In this document: positions 9,876 to 20,548 of the stretch, piece after piece | Numbering within the stretch: position 1 is the first letter of the stretch | Layout: each line of letters starts with the position of its first letter | DNA from: Escherichia coli O157:H7 | GTDB lineage: Bacteria > Pseudomonadota > Gammaproteobacteria > Enterobacterales > Enterobacteriaceae | NCBI RefSeq assembly: GCF_013167455.1 | Contig: NZ_CP038328.1 | Length of the DNA stretch: 64,000 nucleotides | Strand: one strand, 5' to 3' | Made by a program: the position numbers and the translations under genes | Notes under the pieces: generated by a model | Seen by the model: the letters and a program-made list of their open reading frames with translations, nothing else | Databases searched by the model: none | Told to the model about the DNA's origin: nothing

Positions 9876-10070
9876 ATGAGATATGACGATGTTAAACCAT
9901 GTCCGTTTTGTGGTTGTCCATCTGTTACGGTGAAAGCAATTTCAGGATATTACCGGGCAAAATGCAACGGATGCGAATCCCGAACTGGCTATGGTGGAAG
10001 TGAAAAAGAAGCACTCGAAAGATGGAATAAACGAACTACTGGAAATAATAATGGAGGTGTTCATGTATAA
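9876..10070 (+). CDS. ralR: RalR (restriction alleviation; type I toxin with DNase activity)
   Basis: 64 aa MRYDDVKPCPFCGCPSVTVKA...; Cys-rich. Confidence 0.75.
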   Translation: MRYDDVKPCPFCGCPSVTVKAISGYYRAKCNGCESRTGYGGSEKEALERWNKRTTGNNNGGVHV

Positions 10071-10251
10071 AATAACTGCCACTATTGAAAAAGAAGGTGG
10101 CACTCCTACTAACTGGACAAGATATTCAAAATCTAAATTAACGAAATCAGAATGCGAAAAAATGCTCTCAGGGAAAAAAGAAGCAGGCGTGTCCAGAGAG
10201 CAGAAAGTAAAGCTGATAAATTTTAATTGCGAGAAACTTCTGTCCTCGTGA
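10063..10251 (+). CDS. ydaC: YdaC-like small prophage protein
   Basis: about 62 aa MYKITATIEKEGG...; start uncertain (alternative ATG at 10051). Confidence 0.55.
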   Translation: MYKITATIEKEGGTPTNWTRYSKSKLTKSECEKMLSGKKEAGVSREQKVKLINFNCEKLLSS

Positions 10252-10350
10252 GTTGCATTATATACAAATTAAAACTTCATAGCTGATTATTAATAATCAA
10301 CATCAGGCGTCAATTTCAGTCTAACATTGGCGCCTGCCAGAGGTGATGCG

Positions 10351-10566
10351 ATGGCACAAGTAATCTTTAATGAAGAGTGGATGGTTGAATACGGCCTGAT
10401 GCTTCGCACTGGTCTGGGGGCCAGACAAATTGAAGCATACCGCCAGAACTGTTGGGTGGAGGGCTTCCACTTCAAACGAGTATCTCCTTTAGGTAAGCCA
10501 GACAGCAAACGAGGGATTATCTGGTACAACTATCCAAAGATAAATCAGTTTATCAAAGACTCATGA
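10351..10566 (+). CDS. xisR: excisionase
   Basis: 71 aa immediately upstream of the integrase gene. Confidence 0.7.
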   Translation: MAQVIFNEEWMVEYGLMLRTGLGARQIEAYRQNCWVEGFHFKRVSPLGKPDSKRGIIWYNYPKINQFIKDS

Positions 10567-10567
10567 T

Positions 10568-11803
10568 ATGTCTAAATTACCAACAGGTGTCGAGATTAGA
10601 GGTAGAAACATTCGCATCTGGTTCATGTTTCGAGGAAAACGATGTCGGGAAACATTAAAAGGCTGGGAGATTACAAACAGTAATATTAAAAAGGCCGGAA
10701 ATTTAAGAGCGCTGATAGTTCATGAAATAAACTCCGGTGAATTTGAGTATTTAAGACGTTTTCCCCAGTCCAGCACTGGGGCAAAAATGGTGACAACGAG
10801 AGTCATAAAAACGTTCGGGGAGCTTTGTGATATCTGGACAAAAATTAAAGAGACAGAGTTAACAACAAACACAATGAAGAAAACGAAATCACAATTAAAA
10901 ACACTCAGAATAATAATTTGTGAAAGTACCCCGATATCATATATTCGTTATAGCGATATCTTAAACTACCGGAATGAACTGCTGCATGGAGAAACGCTTT
11001 ACCTGGATAATCCAAGATCCAACAAAAAAGGAAGAACCGTGCGCACAGTTGATAACTATATCGCCCTGCTCTGTTCGCTGTTACGTTTTGCGTATCAGTC
11101 GGGATTTATATCAACCAAACCATTTGAAGGAGTAAAAAAATTACAGCGAAACAGAATAAAGCCTGACCCGTTATCTAAAACAGAATTCAATGCATTAATG
11201 GAAAGTGAAAAAGGACAGAGCCAAAACTTGTGGAAATTTGCCGTTTACTCCGGGCTTCGTCACGGGGAACTGGCAGCTCTGGCGTGGGAGGATGTGGATT
11301 TCGAGAAGGGAACTGTGAATGTCAGAAGAAACCTGACGATACTGGATATGTTCGGTCCCCCAAAAACAAATGCCGGGATCCGGACAGTAACATTACTGCA
11401 GCCTGCTCTTGAAGCACTGAAGGTGCAATACAAACTGACCGGGCATCATCGCAAAAGCGAAATCACCTTTTATCATCGGGAGTACGGCAGAACCGAAAAG
11501 CAAAAACTGCATTTTGTTTTCATGCCCAGGGTGTGTAACGGAAAACAGAAACCTTATTACTCGGTAAGCAGTTTGGGGGCAAGGTGGAATGCAGCAGTAA
11601 AACGTGCTGGTATTCGCCGCCGTAATCCGTACCATACGCGGCATACTTTTGCCTGCTGGCTGTTGACGGCAGGAGCGAACCCGGCATTTATAGCCAGCCA
11701 GATGGGGCATGAAACTGCGCAGATGGTGTATGAAATTTACGGTATGTGGATTGATGATATGAACGACGAACAGGTAGCCATGTTGAATGCGCGGCTATCG
11801 TAG
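10568..11803 (+). CDS. intR: tyrosine integrase
   Basis: 411 aa; C-terminal catalytic region with R...HxxR...Y pattern (HTRHTFA); adjacent to ttcA. Confidence 0.9.
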   Translation: MSKLPTGVEIRGRNIRIWFMFRGKRCRETLKGWEITNSNIKKAGNLRALIVHEINSGEFEYLRRFPQSSTGAKMVTTRVIKTFGELCDIWTKIKETELTTNTMKKTKSQLKTLRIIICESTPISYIRYSDILNYRNELLHGETLYLDNPRSNKKGRTVRTVDNYIALLCSLLRFAYQSGFISTKPFEGVKKLQRNRIKPDPLSKTEFNALMESEKGQSQNLWKFAVYSGLRHGELAALAWEDVDFEKGTVNVRRNLTILDMFGPPKTNAGIRTVTLLQPALEALKVQYKLTGHHRKSEITFYHREYGRTEKQKLHFVFMPRVCNGKQKPYYSVSSLGARWNAAVKRAGIRRRNPYHTRHTFACWLLTAGANPAFIASQMGHETAQMVYEIYGMWIDDMNDEQVAMLNARLS

Positions 11804-11854
11804 TTGCAAAGTTTGCCCCCAATTTGCCCCATTTAGTACCAGAGAACCGAAATA

Positions 11855-12790
11855 ATGCAAGAAAATCAAAAGAATACGAAGAAAGAACAATACAACCTGA
11901 ACAAATTACAAAAACGCCTGCGTCGTAACGTGGGCGAAGCCATTGCTGACTTCAATATGATTGAAGAAGGCGATCGCATCATGGTTTGCCTCTCCGGGGG
12001 TAAAGACAGCTATACCATGCTGGAGATTCTGCGCAATTTGCAGCAAAGCGCGCCAATCAATTTTTCGCTGGTGGCTGTTAACCTCGATCAAAAGCAACCG
12101 GGCTTCCCGGAACACGTTCTGCCCGAGTATCTTGAAAAGCTGGGCGTTGAGTACAAGATTGTTGAAGAGAACACTTACGGTATCGTGAAAGAGAAGATTC
12201 CAGAGGGCAAAACCACTTGCTCACTGTGTTCTCGGCTACGTCGCGGTATCCTTTATCGCACCGCAACGGAACTGGGGGCGACGAAGATCGCGTTGGGCCA
12301 CCATCGTGACGATATCCTGCAAACGTTGTTCTTAAATATGTTCTACGGCGGCAAGATGAAAGGTATGCCTCCGAAACTGATGAGCGATGATGGCAAACAT
12401 ATCGTTATTCGTCCGCTGGCCTACTGCCGCGAGAAAGATATTCAGCGATTTGCCGATGCAAAAGCGTTCCCGATTATTCCGTGCAACCTGTGCGGTTCAC
12501 AGCCTAACCTGCAACGTCAGGTGATTGCTGACATGTTGCGTGACTGGGATAAACGTTATCCAGGGCGTATCGAGACGATGTTCAGCGCGATGCAGAATGT
12601 GGTGCCGTCGCATCTGTGCGATACCAACCTGTTCGATTTCAAAGGCATCACCCACGGTTCTGAAGTGGTTAACGGGGGTGATCTGGCGTTTGATCGCGAA
12701 GAGATCCCACTACAACCGGCGGGCTGGCAGCCAGAAGAAGATGAAAATCAGTTGGATGAGTTACGGCTGAATGTGGTTGAAGTGAAATAA
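11855..12790 (+). CDS. ttcA: tRNA 2-thiocytidine synthase (PP-loop ATPase)
   Basis: 311 aa; SGGKDS PP-loop motif and CxxC pairs. Confidence 0.9.
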   Translation: MQENQKNTKKEQYNLNKLQKRLRRNVGEAIADFNMIEEGDRIMVCLSGGKDSYTMLEILRNLQQSAPINFSLVAVNLDQKQPGFPEHVLPEYLEKLGVEYKIVEENTYGIVKEKIPEGKTTCSLCSRLRRGILYRTATELGATKIALGHHRDDILQTLFLNMFYGGKMKGMPPKLMSDDGKHIVIRPLAYCREKDIQRFADAKAFPIIPCNLCGSQPNLQRQVIADMLRDWDKRYPGRIETMFSAMQNVVPSHLCDTNLFDFKGITHGSEVVNGGDLAFDREEIPLQPAGWQPEEDENQLDELRLNVVEVK

Positions 12791-12918
12791 CTCGGATAGC
12801 GCCCGATGCGCAAACGTATCGGGCTACTCTAATGGAGGCTGAATAAGACGCGGTCAGCGTCGCATCCGACAATCCCGACGAAGATGTTTACTTTTGCATC
12901 AGGCAATTCAACATTTTA

Positions 12919-14292
12919 TTATTTTAATAACCGCACCCGGCACGTTTTTCCTTTAATCTTCCCGCCCTGTAACTGTTTCCATGCTTTATGAGCAACAGCC
13001 TGACGGACCGCGACATAGACATGCGCCGGATGCACGGCGATTTTGCCAATATCTGCGCCATCAAGCCCGATATCTCCTGTCAGTGCACCTAATACATCAC
13101 CCGGGCGCATTTTGGCTTTTTTCCCGCCATCGATACACAACGTTGCCATTTCTGCTTCCAGCGTCACAATGGAACTATTAGCTGGTGGCGTTTGCCAGTT
13201 AAGTTTTATCTGCAACATGTCAGAAATGATATTGGCCCGCTGTGCTTCTTCCGGAGCACAGAAACTGATCGCCAGACCGCTATTTCCTGCACGAGCTGTA
13301 CGACCGATGCGATGTACATGAACTTCAGGGTCCCACGCCAGCTCAAAGTTCACCACCAGCTCAAGCGATTTAATATCCAGACCACGCGCAGCAACATCAG
13401 TCGCGACCAGTACACGGGCGCTACCGTTAGCAAAACGTACCAGGGTCTGATCACGATCGCGTTGCTCCAGATCGCCGTGTAATGACAATGCACTTTGCCC
13501 TACTTCATTCAGCGCGTCGCAGACAGCCTGGCAATCTTTTTTGGTATTGCAAAACACCACGCAAGAGGATGGCTGATGCAAGCTTAATAACCGTTGCAAC
13601 AGAGGAATTTTGCCTTTGCTGGATGTCTCATAAAATTGTTGTTCAATGGGTGGCAAAGCATCTGTTGAGTCAATTTCAATCGCCAAAGGATCGCGTTGCA
13701 CTCGTCCGCTGATTGCGGCGATGGCTTCCGGCCAGGTTGCCGAAAACAGAAGCGTCTGTCGAGATGCAGGCGCAAAACGGATGACATCATCAATGGCATC
13801 GCTAAATCCCATATCCAGCATGCGGTCGGCCTCATCCATCACCAAAGTATTCAGCGCATCCAGTGATACCGTGCCTTTTTGCAGGTGATCCAGCAAACGG
13901 CCCGGCGTTGCCACGATAATATGCGGCGCATGTTGCAACGAATCACGCTGCATACCGAACGGTTGACCACCGCACAACGTCAAAATTTTGGTATTTGGCA
14001 GAAAACGCGCCAGCCGACGCAATTCACCTGCCACCTGATCCGCCAGTTCACGCGTAGGACACAGCACTAAAGCCTGGGTTTGAAATAGCGACGCATCAAT
14101 TTGCTGTAACAAGCCGAGGCCAAAAGCCGCCGTTTTGCCGCTGCCAGTTTTCGCCTGCACGCGAACATCTTTTCCGGCAAGGATCGCCGGAAGCGCGGCG
14201 GCCTGCACCGGCGTCATGGTTAAATAACCCAACTCATTAAGGTTCGTGAGTTGGGCGGGAGGCAAAACATTCAGGGTAGAAAAAGCGGTCAC
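12919..14292 (-). CDS. dbpA: ATP-dependent RNA helicase DbpA
   Basis: 457 aa; DEAD-box motifs AKTGSGKT, DEAD, SAT. Confidence 0.95.
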   Translation of the reverse strand: MTAFSTLNVLPPAQLTNLNELGYLTMTPVQAAALPAILAGKDVRVQAKTGSGKTAAFGLGLLQQIDASLFQTQALVLCPTRELADQVAGELRRLARFLPNTKILTLCGGQPFGMQRDSLQHAPHIIVATPGRLLDHLQKGTVSLDALNTLVMDEADRMLDMGFSDAIDDVIRFAPASRQTLLFSATWPEAIAAISGRVQRDPLAIEIDSTDALPPIEQQFYETSSKGKIPLLQRLLSLHQPSSCVVFCNTKKDCQAVCDALNEVGQSALSLHGDLEQRDRDQTLVRFANGSARVLVATDVAARGLDIKSLELVVNFELAWDPEVHVHRIGRTARAGNSGLAISFCAPEEAQRANIISDMLQIKLNWQTPPANSSIVTLEAEMATLCIDGGKKAKMRPGDVLGALTGDIGLDGADIGKIAVHPAHVYVAVRQAVAHKAWKQLQGGKIKGKTCRVRLLK

Positions 14293-14321
14293 AATCTATT
14301 CTCGTGGTCATCGACGCAAAG

Positions 14322-14495
14322 TCATCAGGCGCGTATCCTCGCAGATCTACGCTCACGATGCGACAATTTAATCGGTTCTTCATCGGGTGGTGGGTCAGGC
14401 ATGGGTTGCGGGCGAGGGATCGGATCGGGCACTGGAACAGGATCGCCAGGAATCGGTTCAGGGACAGGAATTTGCAAATAAATAAGTGTCGTCAT
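14322..14495 (-). CDS. candidate small proline-rich protein (57 aa) upstream of dbpA
   Basis: ATG with GGAGGG SD 4 nt upstream; MTTLIYLQIPVPEPIPGDPVPVPDPIPRPQPMPDPPPDEEPIKLSHRERRSARIRA. Confidence 0.3.
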
Positions 14496-14552
14496 ATTTC
14501 CCTCCGGTCATTGGGTGGACTCTTAAAGGGTAGACGCTGATAAATAACAGGC

Positions 14553-14674
14553 AAAAAAAAGCCGACTCATCAAAGTCGGCGTCGTACGAATCAATTGTGC
14601 TATGCAGTAATTCAAAAAAGGAAGTAAGACAATATGGAGCGCAACGCCCATCGCTTGACGTTGCATTCACCTGC
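14553..14674 (-). ncRNA. fnrS: FnrS small RNA
   Basis: minus-strand sequence GCAGGTGAATGCAACG...CGCCGACTTTGATGAGTCGGCTTTTTTTT matches my recollection of FnrS; intrinsic terminator; zntB-dbpA intergenic. Confidence 0.8.
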
Positions 14675-14705
14675 AAGAGAGATATTGCCCTGAATGGGTA
14701 GAGAG

Positions 14706-14719
14706 TTTATTGACTTCGC
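14706..14719 (-). promoter_or_regulatory. FNR box upstream of fnrS
   Basis: TTGAG-CGAA-GTCAA fits TTGAT-N4-ATCAA, centred about 40 nt upstream of the FnrS 5' end. Confidence 0.6.
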
Positions 14720-14769
14720 TCAAACTTTGCGGCGTTTTTGTATACAGACAGCCGGAAAAATTGCTTTTG

Positions 14770-15774
<1,005 letters not shown>

Positions 15775-16007
15775 TTATTTTGTAGTCTAGCCTTCTGGCC
15801 CTGTTACGCAACATCTCATCACCCCATTACCCTGAAATGATTAATAAAATTCTGTCTAAATTGAATACAAAAAGCAAAATGCTTTTCCGTATACAAACCG
15901 TGTGAAGTGTTAAATAGCGTCTATCATTATCAGAATTATCTGATCATATGACGTGGCTTTTTTGCGATCGGATAGCAACAAAAATTGATAAAAATAATGG
16001 GATCTCA

Positions 16008-17240
16008 ATGATTACGCACAACTTCAATACTCTGGACTTACTCACCAGTCCTGTCTGGATCGTTTCGCCCTTTGAGGAACAGTTAATTTATGCCAACAGC
16101 GCGGCGCGACTGTTGATGCAAGACCTCACGTTTAGTCAGCTACGAACCGGTCCCTATTCCGTCTCCTCACAAAAAGAACTGCCGAAATACCTCTCCGATC
16201 TGCAAAACCAACACGATATTATCGAAATCCTCACTGTTCAGCGTAAAGAAGAGGAAACAGCATTAAGCTGTCGGCTTGTTTTGCGAGAGCTGACAGAAAC
16301 AGAACCGGTGATTATTTTCGAAGGTATCGAAGCGCCGGCAACGCTGGGTTTAAAAGCCAGTCGCTCGGCAAATTATCAGCGCAAAAAACAAGGTTTTTAT
16401 GCGCGCTTTTTTCTGACTAACTCTGCACCAATGTTGTTGATTGACCCGTCACGAGATGGACAAATCGTCGATGCTAACCTCGCCGCGCTCAATTTCTATG
16501 GTTATAACCATGAAACGATGTGCCAGAAACATACCTGGGAAATAAATATGCTCGGGCGTCGCGTCATGCCTATCATGCATGAAATCTCGCATTTACCCGG
16601 TGGTCATAAACCTCTGAATTTTATTCATAAGCTGGCGGATGGTTCGACTCGTCATGTGCAGACCTATGCCGGACCGATTGAAATTTATGGCGACAAGCTC
16701 ATGTTATGTATTGTGCATGATATTACTGAGCAAAAACGGCTGGAGGAGCAGCTGGAACATGCTGCTCACCATGACGCGATGACCGGATTACTGAATCGGC
16801 GACAGTTTTATCACATTACGGAACCAGGCCAAATGCAGCACCTCGCCATCGCTCAGGATTACAGCTTATTGCTCATCGACACAGATCGTTTTAAACACAT
16901 TAACGATCTCTATGGGCATTCTAAAGGTGATGAGGTGTTATGCGCCCTCGCCCGCACTCTCGAAAGTTGCGCTCGCAAAGGCGATTTGGTGTTTCGTTGG
17001 GGAGGCGAAGAGTTTGTCTTATTACTACCAAGAACCCCACTGGATACCGCGCTTTCGCTGGCTGAAACTATCCGCGTAAGCGTGGCAAAAGTGAGTATTT
17101 CGGGCTTACCACGCTTTACCGTCAGCATTGGTGTGGCGCATCACGAAGGAAATGAAAGCATCGATGAACTGTTTAAACGCGTTGATGATGCTTTGTATCG
17201 GGCGAAAAATGATGGACGCAACCGCGTGCTGGCGGCATAA
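16008..17240 (+). CDS. dgcM: diguanylate cyclase with PAS domains
   Basis: 410 aa from MITHNF; GGEEF motif in RWGGEEFVLLL. Confidence 0.9.
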   Translation: MITHNFNTLDLLTSPVWIVSPFEEQLIYANSAARLLMQDLTFSQLRTGPYSVSSQKELPKYLSDLQNQHDIIEILTVQRKEEETALSCRLVLRELTETEPVIIFEGIEAPATLGLKASRSANYQRKKQGFYARFFLTNSAPMLLIDPSRDGQIVDANLAALNFYGYNHETMCQKHTWEINMLGRRVMPIMHEISHLPGGHKPLNFIHKLADGSTRHVQTYAGPIEIYGDKLMLCIVHDITEQKRLEEQLEHAAHHDAMTGLLNRRQFYHITEPGQMQHLAIAQDYSLLLIDTDRFKHINDLYGHSKGDEVLCALARTLESCARKGDLVFRWGGEEFVLLLPRTPLDTALSLAETIRVSVAKVSISGLPRFTVSIGVAHHEGNESIDELFKRVDDALYRAKNDGRNRVLAA

Positions 17241-17260
17241 GCCACGGATGCGTCTCGAGA

Positions 17261-17824
17261 TCAACGACTGCGCTTAGCGTGGCGCTCCCAGTTTTCTTGC
17301 TTTGCCTGTGCCGTTTTACGTAGTGCGACGTAACACGCCCCGCTGCCGCCATGATGCGGTAGCGCGGTACAATATGCCTGGACATCATCAAATTCGGTCA
17401 ACCAGCGCGCCACATAGCTGCGGACAATATTGGCATGCGATTTATCATCCCGCCCTTTACCATGAATAATCAGCACGTTACGCAAACCATCCGCCATGGC
17501 TTGTTGAATGAAACTGAACATCATTTTGCGGCACTCTTCCACCGGCTGGCGCAAAAGATTCAGGCTCGCCTGTTGCGGATATTTACCACTGCGCAGCTTA
17601 TCCAGCACCCCATGTTGCAACCCTTCCCGCCGAAACTCCAGCGGCTGACTTAGCGGGATGATGTCGAGAAATCCGGTGGTGAGGAAATTATCAAGTTGCA
17701 GCGTGTCGATACGCTGCGGCGCACGTTGGTTACGCGTTGGATGCCAGTGGACATCGGTAGCACGTTTCAGCGGCTGGACATCTTCCATGGCGTCAAGAAA
17801 CAGCGATTTGTCGTCAAGGTTCAT
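17261..17824 (-). CDS. smrA: Smr-domain DNA endonuclease
   Basis: 187 aa; Smr region LIIHGKG. Confidence 0.85.
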   Translation of the reverse strand: MNLDDKSLFLDAMEDVQPLKRATDVHWHPTRNQRAPQRIDTLQLDNFLTTGFLDIIPLSQPLEFRREGLQHGVLDKLRSGKYPQQASLNLLRQPVEECRKMMFSFIQQAMADGLRNVLIIHGKGRDDKSHANIVRSYVARWLTEFDDVQAYCTALPHHGGSGACYVALRKTAQAKQENWERHAKRSR

Positions 17825-18051
17825 GTTACATCCTCCCGCAATTAAGAGCGCGATATGATAACCAGACCGGGTCGGTCCAACAACGTATTACCCAAAATTC
17901 CAGTAATAAGTTCCAAATATTGCCGATATTTTAAGCAAAATGCTTATGCATGATTATTCATTCACGATATTAATAATGTAACTTATATTTTCGTGAAATC
18001 TGTCACTGAAGAAAATTGGCAACTAAAGGTTAAAACCGTTATAACACAGTC

Positions 18052-18145
18052 ACCGGCGCAGAGGAGACAATGCCGGATTTAAGACGCGGATGCACTGCTG
18101 TGTGTACTGTAGAGTCTGGCGGATGTCGACAGACTCTATTTTTTT
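18052..18145 (+). ncRNA. mcaS: McaS (IsrA) small RNA
   Basis: ACCGGCGCAGAGGAGACAAUGCCGGA...AGAGUCUG-GCGGAUGUCGA-CAGACUCU-U7 matches my recollection of McaS; candidate promoter TTGGCA-17-TTATAA upstream; abgR-smrA intergenic. Confidence 0.7.
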
Positions 18146-18153
18146 ATGCAGTT

Positions 18154-19062
18154 TTAACTTTGCAGATAGCCGCATTCTCGCCGGAATTGCGTGATTAATG
18201 ACGCGGTCAGTGGTGTCTGGCGACTATCACGCCGCTGAATCAAATAATAGGCCGCTTTCGGTAAAATTTCGCTAACCGGCAACATCACCAGCCCCTGTCC
18301 GTGCAAGGGATCGCAGCCCATTTCTTCAGGCAGTATGCTGAGAAAATCGCTTTTTGCCACCAGACTGATACAGGCTGAGAACGTCTCGCAGACTACACCG
18401 ACCTGTGGCGTTTGCGCCTGATCGTCAAGCAATTCACTCAACTGTTTGTAGTAGCTGCCGTGTGGCGTCGGCATTGTCCAGCTGTAATCCAGTAACTGTT
18501 TGATCGAACGGGCACCAATGGCGGGGTGTCCCGGGCGGCAAAAGATCGCGAATTGCTTTTCCAGTAATTTCTCAAAAGTAAATTCGTGGTCGTACGGTCC
18601 CTGATAATAGGTATTGATGGTGAAATCCAATTCTCCCTGACGCAATTCATTAATCATCGACACCAGTTGCCCTTCCATAATGCGTACTTTTACCTGCGGA
18701 TGCTGCTGATGAAAACGAGATATTACAGCTGGCATCAGACTGCGGGAAATACTGGCCCCCATGCCGATATTAATCTGCCCTGCCAGTTGCCCTTGTCGTT
18801 GGCGAATATCCTCTTGGGCTGCGCGCAGTTCTTCAAGAATAAGACTGGCGTGCTGATAAAAACTTTCACCGGCATCAGTTAACGTCACGCCTTTACTACG
18901 GCGAAAAAAGAGTTGCGCCGCTAACCCTTCTTCCAGCTCCTGAATAGATTTACTCAGTGCCGGTTGCGACATATTCAACATTCGGCTCGCTCCGCGAATG
19001 CTGCCCTGACGAGCCACTTCAACAAAAGCCCGAATTTGATGAATTTTTACCTGAAAAGCCAT
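18154..19062 (-). CDS. abgR: LysR-family transcriptional regulator
   Basis: 302 aa; N-terminal HTH; divergent from abgA. Confidence 0.9.
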   Translation of the reverse strand: MAFQVKIHQIRAFVEVARQGSIRGASRMLNMSQPALSKSIQELEEGLAAQLFFRRSKGVTLTDAGESFYQHASLILEELRAAQEDIRQRQGQLAGQINIGMGASISRSLMPAVISRFHQQHPQVKVRIMEGQLVSMINELRQGELDFTINTYYQGPYDHEFTFEKLLEKQFAIFCRPGHPAIGARSIKQLLDYSWTMPTPHGSYYKQLSELLDDQAQTPQVGVVCETFSACISLVAKSDFLSILPEEMGCDPLHGQGLVMLPVSEILPKAAYYLIQRRDSRQTPLTASLITQFRRECGYLQS

Positions 19063-19237
19063 GACGCCACCGATAACCGTTATTTATCAGACCAAAGAAA
19101 CTGGCATCTACTTTAATGCAGATGATTGTGTCAGGGTAATTTATGAACGGTTAAAACTGTGAAAAATCAGTTAGTGATAAGTAAAAACTATCGCTACGTG
19201 AACCGGGTCACACTTTTTACTGATGACGGGAAAGGTT

Positions 19238-20548
19238 ATGGAGTCTTTGAATCAATTTGTTAATTCGCTTGCCCCAAAATTATCGCACTGGCGACGTGAT
19301 TTTCATCACTATGCAGAGTCTGGCTGGGTGGAATTCCGCACTGCCACCCTTGTTGCGGAAGAATTGCAGCAGCTCGGCTACTCACTGGCGCTGGGCCGCG
19401 AAGTAGTTAATGAAAATAGCCGGATGGGACTACCTGATGAACTCACTCTACAACGCGAATTCGAGCGCGCTCGTCAACAGGGTGCGCTAGCACAATGGAT
19501 TGCGGCTTTTGAAGGTGGTTTCACGGGTATCGTCGCCACCCTGGATACCGGTCGCCCCGGTCCGGTGATGGCTTTCCGTGTCGATATGGACGCGCTGGAT
19601 CTCAGTGAAGAGCAGGATGTCAGCCATCGCCCCTACCGCGACGGTTTTGCGTCATGTAACGCCGGAATGATGCATGCCTGTGGTCATGATGGGCATACCA
19701 CCATTGGGCTTGGGCTGGCGCATACCCTTAAACAATTCGAGTCCGGACTACATGGCGTCATCAAACTGATTTTTCAGCCTGCAGAGGAAGGTACGCGTGG
19801 CGCGCGGGCGATGGTCGATGCAGGTGTCGTAGATGATGTTGATTATTTTACTGCCGTGCACATTGGCACTGGCGTACCTGCGGGCACCGTGGTGTGCGGC
19901 AGTGATAATTTTATGGCAACCACCAAATTTGACGCGCACTTCACCGGTACCGCCGCTCACGCAGGCGCAAAACCAGAAGACGGTTACAATGCCTTGTTGG
20001 CGGCAGCACAAGCCACTCTTGCACTGCATGCAATCGCCCCGCACAGCGAAGGAGCTTCCAGAGTAAACGTGGGCGTTATGCAGGCAGGAAGCGGTCGTAA
20101 CGTTGTTCCTGCCTCGGCGTTGCTGAAAGTGGAAACACGCGGGGCCAGCGACGTCATTAATCAATATGTTTTTGACCGTGCTCAGCAAGCGATTCAGGGC
20201 GCAGCAACCATGTATGGTGTCGGCGTTGAAACTCGTCTGATGGGTGCAGCTACCGCCAGTTCTCCTTCGCCGCAATGGGTCGCATGGTTGCAAAGTCAGG
20301 CGGCTCAGGTCGCGGGGGTCAATCAGGCCATTGAACGTGTTGAAGCGCCTGCGGGTTCCGAAGATGCCACATTAATGATGGCCCGCGTGCAGCAACATCA
20401 AGGGCAAGCCTCCTACGTGGTGTTTGGCACACAGCTGGCGGCAGGTCATCACAACGAAAAATTCGATTTTGACGAGCAGGTTCTCGCTATTGCCGTCGAA
20501 ACGCTGGCGCGCACCGCGCTCAATTTTCCCTGGACGCGAGGTATCTGA
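19238..20548 (+). CDS. abgA: p-aminobenzoyl-glutamate hydrolase subunit A (M20 peptidase family)
   Basis: 436 aa from MESLNQ. Confidence 0.9.
   Translation: MESLNQFVNSLAPKLSHWRRDFHHYAESGWVEFRTATLVAEELQQLGYSLALGREVVNENSRMGLPDELTLQREFERARQQGALAQWIAAFEGGFTGIVATLDTGRPGPVMAFRVDMDALDLSEEQDVSHRPYRDGFASCNAGMMHACGHDGHTTIGLGLAHTLKQFESGLHGVIKLIFQPAEEGTRGARAMVDAGVVDDVDYFTAVHIGTGVPAGTVVCGSDNFMATTKFDAHFTGTAAHAGAKPEDGYNALLAAAQATLALHAIAPHSEGASRVNVGVMQAGSGRNVVPASALLKVETRGASDVINQYVFDRAQQAIQGAATMYGVGVETRLMGAATASSPSPQWVAWLQSQAAQVAGVNQAIERVEAPAGSEDATLMMARVQQHQGQASYVVFGTQLAAGHHNEKFDFDEQVLAIAVETLARTALNFPWTRGI

Larger units (their letters stand above)
1..11854. mobile_element. Rac-like lambdoid prophage, integrase-proximal half; left part continues beyond window
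   Basis: lambda-like order replication genes - cro/cI switch - PL - early-left genes - xis - int, ending at ttcA. Confidence 0.85.

Noticed and set aside
14251-14540. Gly/Ser-rich plus-strand ORFs (76 and 78 aa) upstream of dbpA
   Set aside because: They are the opposite-strand reading of the proline-rich repeat region and lack a start context; the minus-strand small ORF is the better candidate.
18061-18174. 37-codon ORF starting at the ATG inside McaS (MPDLRRGCTAVCTV...), with GGAGG upstream
   Set aside because: It runs straight through the sRNA terminator hairpin; the ATG and SD-like sequence lie within the sRNA body. Treated as part of the sRNA.
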